Shown in pieces: positions 10,871 to 22,898 of a DNA stretch of 64,000 nucleotides; position 1 is the first letter of the stretch; every line of letters begins with the position of its first letter. The translations under genes were made by a program, and so were the position numbers. Below the pieces are notes generated by a model. That model saw only the letters and a program-made list of their open reading frames with translations. It made no database searches and was not told the DNA's origin. The DNA is from Camelus dromedarius (lineage: Eukaryota): assembly GCF_036321535.1 (NCBI RefSeq), contig NC_087437.1, positions 115,694,001 to 115,758,000 of the forward strand, written 5' to 3'.

Positions 10871-13764
10871 GCCAAGTAGCTGCCATTTTTACTCTATGAT
10901 CAGGTGCAGAACTTTCTGTGTGACCATGGTCAGGTGGGCAGCCTGCTGTGCTTTGTCCAAATTACTGTCTTTGAAGGATGGATGAGAAAAGGGCTTAAAA
11001 TTCCAGACTTAAAAGAAGCTGCTTGCTCCAAGCCGGGCCTCCAGGAGACTGGCGATGTTGCAGCCTAGACAGGCCGGAAGGGCAGGATGTGGGCTTGGCT
11101 TTCTCCTTTTGTGCGTCCCAGTGGGTGGAGGGGCCCTGTTTAGGCTCTAAGGATGTGTTCCCAAACTTTTCAAGCTCAGGGAAAAAGTGAATTTGTAGTT
11201 AAGCGGTCTTCCCTCTCCACGCTGTGCAGGGCAGTAGTTGGCCCCTCATGCTGGTGCAGTGCCAGGGAAGACAGTGGGAGATGACACCAAGCATGGCTTG
11301 ACTTGGTCTCCCCTGGGTGATGAGGGCAGGAGGATGGGTTGTGGACAGCAGGTCCCGGGGTGGGTCACTCTCCTGTCCCTTCTCTGGGGTTCTCTGCTTA
11401 GATTCTCTTGGGTGGGAATTCCAGTAGGGAACTGGCATTTTTTCCAGGGCGGTAACTTGAAATGATGATACTTCTTGACTATAATTGTTGAACGCTGGTA
11501 TGGTCCAGGCACTTAGCAAAACTTTTGCTCACAATGTCTCATCTGTCATGACAATAGCACTCAACGTAGGTCCTGCTGAGGGTACTGAGGCTCAGGGAGG
11601 TTGAGTGACTTGCCCAGAGATGCACAGAATTTGGCAGATCCACACCGACCTCCTCCCTGAGCCCAGAGCAGGTGCGTGTAACCAGTGTGCGGCTCCGTCC
11701 TCCGGGGCTTTCTCCCTCGGTCAGCTCCCCCAGTGGCTTCTGTCAACTCACAGCAGTCACAGAGCTGGGCTTCCTTGCTGGGTCATTAGCCACTTGGACT
11801 TGTGTTCAAGGAGCTGGCAGAGTCGACATGAACAGGTCACATAGAACAACGTCATCTCGGATATGAGTGTGAGGTGCACGCAGGCAGGGTTGGTGGACCA
11901 ATGGCAGGAGGTCAGGGTCCTGCTTCTGACTGTCACTGCTGGAAAGGTGACATGCAGCCACCTGCATCCCCTTCTAGCCTTCAGCTGTGAAATGAAGGAT
12001 GGGACTGTGTCCTCCTGGTATAAAGCTTACAGTTCTAGGTCTCTGTGTGCTATAGGGCTCCAGGGATGAAGGATGCTGCACACGACTAGATGCAGCTAGG
12101 GATGCTGTTGCCTGGTTGCCTTGGCAGTGTCTCTCTGCCATGTCGGAGGCTGCATGATGTGCTTTCCAGACTGATCCAGGCTTTGTGATGACCACAGGTG
12201 AGCCCTGGTACTTACCTGGGTGAGCTCTGGTCCTGCCCCTTGCACAGCCCCTGGGAAGCGTGTGGAAGCTGGGCACATCTCAGTGCCACCTAAGCCGGGT
12301 GGGTTGGTCCAGCAGTCTGCAGAACCTGCCCTGGCTCCAGTGCTCAGGGTCACAAAGTGTGCATGCCGTTGCCTCCCTCTCAGTGGAGCTGCCCCCCTGC
12401 CCTCCTGCCTCCTAGGAATGAAGACCTCCAGAGGGACTCCAGACCTGCTTCTCCCTCGTGGGGCCCCGTGATATCTGTGGATGAGAAGGGGGTGATCGCT
12501 TCCCACAGAGACCCCTCCTAAGCCTGTGCTCTGGCTTCATGCAGACAGCCTGTAACCCCCAGAGGATGGGTTGTAGCCAGAAGGGAAGGCAAAACAAACC
12601 TCAACACTGTGTATTTTTTCTTTTTAAAAATGCTCCAGGAAAGTGTAACTAAACACAGCGACCCACAGGAAGAACAAATGCCGCTCCTTGGGCAGGCTAC
12701 TCTGTCTCCGTAATGCACTTGACCATTGTGGTCATCTCATGATCTCCCTCAGAAGGATGGCAGCCTGCAACGCTTAGCAGCTTTTATCAGCTGAATGGTA
12801 GGGACTGCCAAGTGCTCTGGGAGTGGTTTACGTTTAGACGGTGTTCCAAGTTATGCAAGAAATCCGCTTCAGTGGATGATGCCAGATTCCAGAGTCCCTT
12901 GTCCCCTGTCCCTTCTGTCTCTCCTGCTTCCTCCCTCTCTCTTCCCACTTCCCTCTCTGGGATTCACCGAGGAGACTCCATCTGGGATGTCCTTTTCTCC
13001 TGGTGGCCGTTGGGAATTCCTATGTGGGTTTCAGCCCCTGCTTTCTTCTCAGCGTCCTCTGCTTGGTGACAGCAGCCTGAACAGTTTGAGAAGAGCCCCC
13101 CACCCCAGAGTGCAGCACCTTGGGCTGGACCCTGGCAGAGCCTCTAACGAACCTCTAGTGGTCAGGTCACCTACTCCCTGGGAGCGCCCATCTCCTTGCC
13201 ATTCAGTGGGGTTCCAGTGGCTCCCACCCATCCGCTTGTTGTGGGACTTAATAGAGACAACGTGTGCTCTGTGGTTCATTCCCTGTGAAACTTGAGGACA
13301 GCGCCTGTCGTACAGAAAACCATCAAGGTGAACTGTCATTGTCACAATGTCTTCCAGATGCCATGCAAGGTCTTGTTGATGGGGCCCCAGACTCAGAGCA
13401 GATCACTCCTGCTCAGATCGGAGAATCGTGGTGGGTTCTGGACCCGACAGCCTGGCTGCCCTTCCTTGTGTGTGGAGTGGGGAGGAGGGTGGTTCCAGCT
13501 AACTTGTCTCCCATGGATCTTTGGCCTTGGCGGTCTCCCTTTAGCATTTCCTGGAGTGGACCAGACCCCAGAGACTGTTTGTTTGGATTCCATTTGACGT
13601 CAGTTACCTCGGTCAAGCTGTGTCCTGGGGCCGTCTGGGCAGCTGTCTGACTGCATTTCTCGTCTTGGGCTTCTCCCGTCTGGGGCTTGTTCAAGCCCAT
13701 TACCCGGTCGTATCTCACACGAGTGAGGATCTTTTTTCTCGTGATTCAGCTTAATTTATTATTT

Positions 13765-14047
13765 AAAAATGTTTAAAAATTTAAGTATAGTTGATGTCCA
13801 ATGTTATATAAGTTACAGGAGTACAATATAGGGATTCACAATTTTTAAGGTTATATTTTATCGTTATTAAAAACGTTGGCTGTATTCCCGTGTTGCACAA
13901 TACGTCCTTGTAGCTTGCTTTATACGTAATAGTTTGTGCCTCCTCCTCTCCTACCCCTACCTTGCCCCTCCCTCCTCCTCTCTCTCCCCTGGTAACCACT
14001 AGTTTGTTCTCTGCATCTGTGAGTCTGCATCTTTTTTTTTTTTTGTT
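13765..14047 (-). mobile_element. L1 3'UTR fragment
   Basis: aagtatagttgatgtccaatgttatataagttacagg...ggtaaccactagtttgttctctg; same family as 54793-55084. Confidence 0.85.
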
Positions 14048-14639
14048 ACAAGGATCATTTTCTAAGGCAGTGCTGGGTGCCTTCAGCACAGGGGAAAACT
14101 CAGGAATGACATGAATAGAGCTCTTGACGGTTGGGTTGTGGTCAGGGAGCCGCTGCAACGCTCTGACTGGAATGTTACTAATATGATGAGGTTCTATTTT
14201 TCCTCTTGCTTTTTTTTTCTTTTTTTGTGGGAGAAAGGATGTGTGACTTATTGGGGAGAAAGTTGAGGAGGGTCTCAGTGCCTGTTGTCTGGATAGATGT
14301 AGAAAGGGGCGGTGACAGTGTCCAGCCTGGGCTGAAGGGGTTAACCCTTTCACCACGCCCTTGTGGACCTAGCGGTGGTGGATTGGAAGAGGCTGCGGGT
14401 GCTGCAGTGTGGGTAGGGCGGGTTTTTCCAATACAAGGGCAATGGAGCAATGAACCTGCCCCTCCCCCGTGGTGGAGTGGAGTCTCTGCCCCCTCGGATC
14501 TGGGGTCGGGGTGGGGACTGTGACTACTGGGGCCAAAAGAATGTGGTGACAGGTGGCTCAGTTCCTGGCGCTGCCCTTTGCTGAGCGGTGCGGGCTTCTT
14601 GCCTCTTGGAAGCGCTGTCTTGCAAGCAGTGGGACGCCT

Positions 14640-14878
14640 GGAGATGTCCACGCTGGGCAAAGGCTGAGTCTTGTGGGAGTCCTGGGTCATGAGCGGCCAC
14701 GTGGAGTTGGAACTGAGCAAGGAAACCTACCACCCAGCTGACGGCTCTCAGATCTGAGACTCGCCATCCTGGCACGCCCTCCTGAACTCCTGGCCCACAA
14801 AATTATGATCAAAATACATGGTTGTTTGAAGCCTCTAAGTCTCGGTGACTTTACGCGGAGCAGCATATACCTGGGACA
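14640..14878 (+). mobile_element. Degenerate MaLR (MLT1) 3' fragment
   Basis: gaactcctggcccacaaaattatga...ggttgtttgaagcctctaagt...gcagcatatacctgggaca. Confidence 0.55.
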
Positions 14879-15709
14879 TTTCTTCAAGACAAGACTGGTC
14901 GGCCAGCTGGGCTGGGGAGGAGGCTATTAAAAAAAGTTGCCCAGTAAACTGGTAGATAAAGATTTTAGCCTCCCTCCCAGGTGAAGATGGAGAAGGGTAT
15001 CTGTTGGGGACCAGCGAGGATGCACGATCCCTGTGCGGGCCTGGACGAGGCCCCGAGCTCACCACCTCTGGGTGGGAGCAGGGCAGCTGGGACAGTGAGT
15101 GCACGATCCCTGGCCCAAGGTCTCAGCCCTGGTTCTGCCACTTAGCGGGTGCCTCGTGAGCACACACCTGTGGGGCGCGCAACACAAGAGGAGTCAAACA
15201 GACACAACCCTGGTCCTGAGAAATCCCTGCCTGCCCCAGGAGAGGCAGGTCGCTTGGATCGAAGGCACAGCCAGGCGTGGGGGAGCCGTGGAAGGGGAGC
15301 GGGCTCGCTGGGGCTTTGGCTGCTCGACTGTGCAGCTGACTAGTGTCCTCAGACCTGTCGGGTCCTGCTTGGCCTGCACCATCTCTGCCCGCTGCCGTGG
15401 CACTGCTGGGATGCCCCCCCCCCCCCGATGGCCAGCTCTGGGACAGACCCAGCCAGGCCTGGCGTCGGTGGAGAGACCCTGCCGAGGAGGTCAAGGACAC
15501 CCCATCAGCTAGTTTCCTTTGTCAGCCAGCGTTGAGCCCCTGCCGGCCTTGGCTCCTTGGCTAATGTTCTGTTGCCCCCTCCTGGCTTGAGCCTAATGGC
15601 CGCGTAATTGCCTGGGTAATGATGGTTGGTTCTGCTTTGGATTTCTTCCTCTCCACACGAATTTGCTGGATCGCAGAATGTTTAACACGTAATCGGCAGT
15701 ATAGCCTTC

Positions 15710-15900
15710 AGTTCAATATTATAATGTAGCTCGCTGTGTAATTTTGGACAAAGTATTATACTTGTTAGCCTCTGTTTTCTCAGCTATGAAATGGGGCTAA
15801 TGTTCCTGATTTTGCAGGGCTAGAAGGATTACATAAGATAACGTATGTGGAATTCCTCGCACCTACGTGTAAACATGCTCACAGGTTGTGGTTTTGTTGT
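15710..15900 (+). mobile_element. MIR SINE
   Basis: ttggacaaagtattatacttgttagcctctgttttctcagctatgaaatggggctaat. Confidence 0.6.
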
Positions 15901-16849
15901 TCTGGTTGTGTAGGGTGCAACCAGAGTCCCAAAAGGGAAGGAATCATCTGGTCACCTTGAGGCTGTGAAAGTGGAAAAACAATTTTCTTTCTTTTTGCGG
16001 CTGGCCTGTGGGAAAGAAGCTGGAAGTGAGAGGTAGTATGTGTTGACTGTGGCCTTCAGCAAGGCTGCGCTGTCACCTGGTTACCCAGCTCCGGTAGGAC
16101 AAGCTGCGGTTTGAGGGGCTGGCCTTCTCGTTTTCTTGTCTCTGGGATTCCTTGATGTTGGTCTGCTCAGAGCATCTTTTGTGCATGGAATTTGTCTCCC
16201 TAGTCTTCTTTCTAGAGATGACGTCAGGATTTTAAGAAAAAGAAACAGGAAGCTGTGATTTAAGAAAATTGTGGCCACAGCAATTGTTGAGAAGACCCCC
16301 AAATAATATATTTCCTTATAAGAGAAATATAATCATATTATATGGTCAAAACTTGTAAAAGGGAGTGTGTTGGTGAAAGGAAGCTTAAGATGACATTCAG
16401 GAAAGCATTAGCAGTGGGAGATGCTGGCTGTTCCAAGTCCCTTGGGCACCTGCAGGGATGAACGCATCTCCTTGGGTTTCTGCTGGGCATGGTGAGTGCT
16501 AAGTGGACCAGATGCACAGGGGCTGGGGGACGCAGATGACAGGCCAGTAACTCCATCAGTCGTAGCAGCCAGGCTGGGTGGGGGGCCCATTAGGAAAAGT
16601 GGGATGAAATAGTGGTGGTGTCCTGAGGGTTTTATGTCTGGCAGCCTCTGGGGAAGGATGTAACCTAGGCGGATTTTCACATGACTGCTTTTGTTCATGT
16701 GATAGCGTGAGGTGACCAGCATGCCATTGGAAAACTTGGCTGGACTCAGGGGCTTCCTTCATGCCTCCCTAGAGTGGGCGGGCGGCCAAGCCACCGGGTT
16801 TCTCCCAGGGTGAGGAGTCAGAGCTGAGTTGCTGGAGTCGGGCAAAGCC

Positions 16850-16910
16850 AACCCCACACAAAATGGAAAACAGAGGACACGAAAACCTCTCTTAGGATGG
16901 TTTCTTTATT
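16850..16910 (-). terminator. Candidate distal poly(A) signal with GU/U-rich downstream element
   Basis: Minus strand reads AATAAA (16910-16905) gaaaccatcctaagagag GTTTTCGTGTCCTCTGTTTTCCATTTTGTGTGG. Confidence 0.55.
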
Positions 16911-17124
16911 TCAACTTTGGACTCTATCATGTGTCGTTAAACTCCTCTAGTTAAGACACTTAGAGTTGTGACAAGCGGATATGAACTGCTGTAGGTCCCT
17001 TTCATCTTTGAAAATTCCATGAGGTGCAAACAGCAAATGGGTATCAGACGGGTGCCACCCAGCTGGGCAGGTGTGGGGAGGAGCAGGGCTGACCCACTGC
17101 TGGGATCTGGCCACAGGTGGAGCG

Positions 17125-17245
17125 TGGGGAGAGGTGGGTGGGGGAGGGGAGGGGGGATGTTGGGGGGGAGAGAGAGAGAGATGGAGAGACAGACAAAGTG
17201 GGAGAGAGAGAGGGGAAGATGGTGGGGCGAGGTTCAGGGTGGGGG
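17125..17245. repeat. G/GA-rich low-complexity tract (G-quadruplex capable on + strand)
   Basis: Multiple G3-G6 runs followed by (GA)n. Confidence 0.7.
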
Positions 17246-19540
17246 CAATTATTGAAAACTCATGGTACCGTCCTTGATTTCCATGGGGGTAGATCCGACA
17301 TCCTGGGTGGTCCTGTGACAGAATACAGCATTTCAGAAATGGTTCAAATTCCCACCTGCAGAAAAGGCGGACTTCTTTGGGGACACACACACACACACAC
17401 ACAAAGAAGAAACCAAGGCCATATGAAATTTTTTTTATTGTTCCAGTCAAAAAAAAGAGGAACACCTCAATATGTAAACAGTTACCCTAACACAGCTAGT
17501 TCTTAAAGATAGATTTTTTTTTATTCTAAAAAAAATTTGGCATTGTAGTGATTTCTCAACACATAATTTGTGCTTTCGCATTTAGCGTGCTTTTGCCTCA
17601 TGTCCGTGCACAGACGTACTTGGAGCTGAGTTACAAAAGGACTGAAAGATGGATCAGGAGCCAAACCAGTACTTGAGCCCTACCTGGCGTGGTGGGAAGG
17701 CTGGCAACACTGTCTCCAGAAGCAAATCTAGTTACTTATCATGAGGAAAAGTCAGAAGCCTTTGTAGGATTTTTTGAAAGATGCACTTTCTTATTTTCTT
17801 TCTGTTTGTCTCTAAAGGATCGTTGGTTTTGCTTGAAAAAACTTTATTTTGTGCATTGCATTGGTTCATATCTATAAATCTCTCTTATACTAACCCCTGT
17901 TTTATGGTTTTGCTGGACGTGTAGTTTACTACTAAATGCTATTGAAATTTCATCAGTGATTTATTCTGTTTTCCACAGATTCACTGAATCATTTCAAAGG
18001 GCTTGAGATTTTTGTCAGGGACGTTTTGCCTTTGTCCAGTGAAAGTTATTCTTTTTTTAAAAATTCAATCCTAAAACCTTAAAAGCCTTTTAAGCGCTAC
18101 AGTGGGTTTATTAGTCCTTCTGTGGTCTGTGTTCCTTAGCCTGGAATCCCAAGTCTTTTACAATTTAGCACCAGTTTTCAAAGTGCATATTTTATCAAGT
18201 CCTACAACAAGCCATCCCATCCCATCCAGGCGGGCCTAGGCACCCTGCACAATCTTGCTTTGTGCGGGTCTGTCTTTGGACCCTCTCTCATGCTGGCTCC
18301 TGCTCAGACTGAAAGGAAGGCCCTTCCTCCCAGATCTGTATCTTCCAAATCCCATCCAGTCTCAAGGAATGTCAGGACAAATGTCCCTTTCTTCCCCAGG
18401 AAGCCGGCCCTGATGGCTCACATGGAAGCTGATATGCTTTCTTGAAATTTCAGAAAGGTTTTTGGACCCTCTCTATTAAGTTGTCTTATTCCTAAAACTA
18501 GCACACGTTAATTTCTCTCGTATGCATCAGTATCTTCATTTGTAAAGTGGGAGTCAGTATTTGCTCACAGGGCTTTTGAGTGGCTCGATGCACTCAGCAT
18601 GTGTTATCACAGGGCAGGAGCTGGTAGCCATAGGTTGTAGACTTGTTGAGGGCAGAAGAAGTCACTATTTCTTGGAGTCTCAGAGGAACTTGCCTGGGCA
18701 TCAACCACTGAACTACAAGTGTTCATGGGCCAGTACTCAGCCAAGCAAATGTAGACTTGGAACAACAAAATATGGGGCATCAACCAGCTTTCAGACTATT
18801 TTGAGTCGAGTTCTGTCTTTGTCTAGTTTTAGTTGGTGGCTTAGATCCCTGAGAATGGAAATACAAGTGCATGCCTGCTCCCAGTATTGGTGAATTTTGT
18901 GCGCCTTGAAAATGAAACATTTTATTTCTCTGTAAGAGAAATTTATCAAAAACTCAAGTTCTTAAAGAATTTCTGGGATTATTGTTGAAGATCAAGTATG
19001 TCTGTGCCTTGTCTCTTGTGAGAAGACCTGCATTCTCTAGGAATGGTTACTGGACCTGGAACACCAACACGCACCCCATTGACACCCTAGTTGATGACCT
19101 AGTCCTGGGAGAGGCTGGGCTTTGTTTTATTTAAATAGTTCCTGATAGTTCTGTGTGATGGTAAGAATGAGAACTTTCAGGTCAATGGAAACATACATGC
19201 AGCACTCAAAGCAGACAAAGACTTACCCTCAATTTCATAGATTCAGATTACAAAGACTAGTGAAATTTAGGCCCTGCTGAGAACTTTTGAACTAATGAAC
19301 TTTCCAGAATAATATTCTTTTCCTATCTTAGGAAATGTCTCACAGAACAACCTTGTATTTTATAGGGCCATAGAAAATGTTCTGGGTCTTAGTATTGTGC
19401 TATTTTATTAGGAAAGGCAAATACAGTGAATTATCTTTCATTTAATAGTGGAAGAGAGTGATACAGTTGAAATAAAGCAGTTGAATTAAAATGTTATTAT
19501 GGTTTGAGCTTCTTGCCTCCTTAATTGTATTCTGCTTGGT

Positions 19541-19541
19541 T

Positions 19542-19592
<51 letters not shown>
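19541..19592. repeat. (TTTA)13 microsatellite
   Basis: Perfect array, directly visible. Confidence 0.97.
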
Positions 19593-20094
19593 GCCTAGGG
19601 TCCTACATGCATGCTTCAGGGAAGGTAGAGCTGGATTCGGGTTAAAAGCAAGTTGCCAGTAACCTGCTGGAGCTGATTGGGTTGTTCATGCACTGATTTT
19701 CTGTCAAAGATGCTAACTTACCTTGGGGATTTTTCTACTGTACAGGAGAGTATAGTGCTTATCCAGTAATACCTCATTAGTCTAGAAGGCACCTAACTCA
19801 CAACTTGTTTATTTGCTGCAGGTTTAGTGATGGTAGAAGAGAGGAGAGGAGGATGTGGTTGGTGAGGGGATGCTGGAGACAAGCATATGGATGGTAGTGA
19901 AATTTCACCATGCCAGCAAAAGAATATATGAAACTATTAAGAGCAGCTAAGACTTTAAAGCTAAACCATTTGAGCTATTTAGTGTAAGGGTGGTATAGAT
20001 CAGATCTAATGGTGGTGTAGATTAAAACTGAGATTAGAATCAGAGAAGCAGAGATTGTAAGATTCAAATCCCTGCTGAAAAAAGATGAAAGTAA

Positions 20095-22560
20095 TAGCAG
20101 ACAGAGTTTTTCCTCAAGCTTACATAAAATATTCACCAAGATAGACCACATTCTGGGGCATAAAACCACCTTAACAAACTCCAAAGAATAGAACTCATGC
20201 AATGTCTGTTTTAGACCACAGTGGAATTTAGCTAGGAATCAATAACAGAAAGATAGATAGAAAAAGGAGATTCAATAATACACATCTCAATAACACATAA
20301 GTTAAAGCAGAAATCTTGAGAATTAAAAAAATTTTGAACTAAATGAAAATACAACTTATCAAAATTCATGGGATGCAGTGAAAGCAGTTCTTAGAAGGAC
20401 TGAGAAGGAAGAAATAAAAATGTCTTTGTTTGAAAATGACGTACTTGTCCATGTAGAAAATCTGAAAGAATCAACAAAAAGACTCTTGGAATTAATACGC
20501 CTTGGTAGCAAGGTTGCAGGATACAGGGTTAATACACAAAAAGTCAATCACTTTCCTATATACCAGCAATGAACAAGTGGAATTTGAAATTAAAAATACA
20601 CCATCATTTACATTAACATTCCCCCAAGTTAAATACTTAGGTTTAAATCTAATAAAATATATATGAGAAAAACTATAAAACTCTGATGAGTGATATCAAA
20701 GATGAACTAAATAAATGGAGAGATATTCCATGTTCATGGATAGAAAGACTCAATGTTGTGAAGATGTCAGTTCTTTCCAGATTGACCAATAGATTCAAAG
20801 CAATTTCAGTCAAAATCCCACCAAGTTATTTTATGGATATTGACAGACTGATTCTAAAGTTTACATGGAGAAACAAAAGACCCAAAATAGCCAACTCAAT
20901 ATTGAAGGAGAAGAACAAAGTTGGAGGATTGACACTACCCAACCTCAAGGCTTACTATAAATCTACAGTAATTAACACAGTGTTATACTGGTGAAAGAAC
21001 AAACAGATGAATAGAACAGAATAGAGAGCCCGGAAATAGACCCACATAAATACAGTTAACTCAGCTTTGACAAAAGAACAAAGGCAATACAATGGAGCAA
21101 AGATAGTCTTTTCAACAAATGATGCTGGAAAAAAATGTACATTCACATACAGAAAAAAAAATAATCTAGACAAAGACCTTGCACCCTTTCCAAAAATTAA
21201 CTCAAAATGAATCATGGATTTAGATGTAAAATGCAAAACAATAAACCTCCTCAAAGAGAACTTTTGAGAAAACCCAGATGAGCTTGGGTATGGCAATGAC
21301 TTTTAAAATGCAGCACCAACGACATGTTTCAAGAAGGAAAGAATTGATAAGCTGGTCTCCATTAAAATTAAAATTTTTCTGCTCTGCAAAAGACACGGTC
21401 AACAGAATGAGAAGACAAATCACAGACTGTGAGAAAATATTTGCAAAAGATTCATCTGATAAAGGACTATTGTCCAAAGTATACAAAGAACTCTTAAAAC
21501 TTAACAATAAGAAAACAACCTGATTGAAAAATAGGCAAAGACCTGGACAGACACTTCATCAAAGATGAAATACAATGACAAACAAGCAAACATATGAAAA
21601 GATGTTCCACATCCTATATCATCAGGGAAATGCAAATGAAAACAATGAGATACCAGTGTACCCCTATTAGAACATTCAAAATCCAAAACGCTGACAACAC
21701 TAAATGCTGACAAGCATGTGGAGCAGCAGGAATTATCATTCATTGTTGATGGGAATGCAAAATGATACAGCCACTTTGGAAGACAGTTTGGCTGTTTCTT
21801 ACAAAACTAAACAGTTTTTTCCTGTGATCCAGCAATCATGCTCCTTGGTATTTATTTACCCAAATGAATAAAAAACTTTATGCTTACACAAAAAACCTGC
21901 ACACAAATGTTTACAGCAGCTTTATTCATCATTGTCAAAACCTGGAAGCAACCAAGATGTCCTTCAGTAAGTGAATGGATAAACAAGCTGTGGTACATCC
22001 AGACAGAGGAGCATTGCTCAGCACTAAAAAGAAATGAGCTACCAAACCATGAAAAGACATGGAGAACCTTAAATGTGTATTGTATTATTAAATGACAGAA
22101 GCTAACCTCTAAAGGTTGTGTACTGCATGATTCCAACTACATGACATTGTGGACAAGACAAAACTATGGAGAAAGTGAAAAGATTAGTGGTTGCCAAGGT
22201 TTAGGGGGAGGGAGAGATAAATAGGCAGAGCACAGAGTTTTAGGGCAGTGAAGCTATTCTGTATGATACTGCAGTTGTGCATACATGTCATTATACGTCA
22301 TGCATTTGTCAAAACTCATAAAATGTACAACACCAAGAGTGAACCTTAATGTGAACTATGGACTTTGGGTGATAATGATAAGTCAACATAGGTTTATCAG
22401 TTGTGACAAAGGTACCACTCTGGAGGGGGATGTTGATAACAGGGGAGGTTGTGTCTGTGTGGGGACAGGGGGATGTGGCAACTCTCTATATTTTCCACTC
22501 AACTTTGCTGTGGAACTAAAACTGCTTTAAGAAAATAAAGTTTATTAATTTAAAAAAAGA
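20095..22560 (+). mobile_element. L1MC-like LINE-1: decayed ORF2 with internal deletion, 3'UTR and A-rich tail
   Basis: Peptides LNKWRDIPCSWIERLNVVKMSVL, KNKVGGLTLPNLKAYYK, MFTAALFIIVKTWKQPRCP; 3' end gtaccactctggagggggatgttgataac...aaaactgctttaagaaaataaag. Confidence 0.93.
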
Positions 22561-22860
22561 TGAGAAATCCGTCTCAAAGCAGCTCACTAGTTTATCCAAG
22601 ACCTGATGGCTCATCTGGGGATGGAACCAGGACCAGAATCCTGGCCTCCTCAGACTGAATCCAGGTTTTCTACATACCACTGAAAAGAAAGGTTACTTTA
22701 TGACCTGTTTCCTGTAGGTTCAGGGAAGCGTATGGTGCATTTTAGAAAGAATCCCACAGTGATGGTGAGGGGGGCAGAGGGGAAGTGATTGTTACTCTTA
22801 AGGCTTCAGTTTTCTGGAAATTCATTTATGAGGACCAGCTCATAACTGATTGGGAAGGCT

Positions 22861-22862
<2 letters not shown>

Positions 22863-22896
<34 letters not shown>
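22863..22896. repeat. (GT)n microsatellite
   Basis: Directly visible. Confidence 0.97.

Positions 22897-22898
<2 letters not shown>

Noticed and set aside
13781..14720. Overlapping 180-191 aa ORFs
   Set aside because: Partly L1 3'UTR, partly GC-rich sequence; no recognisable domain or exon structure.
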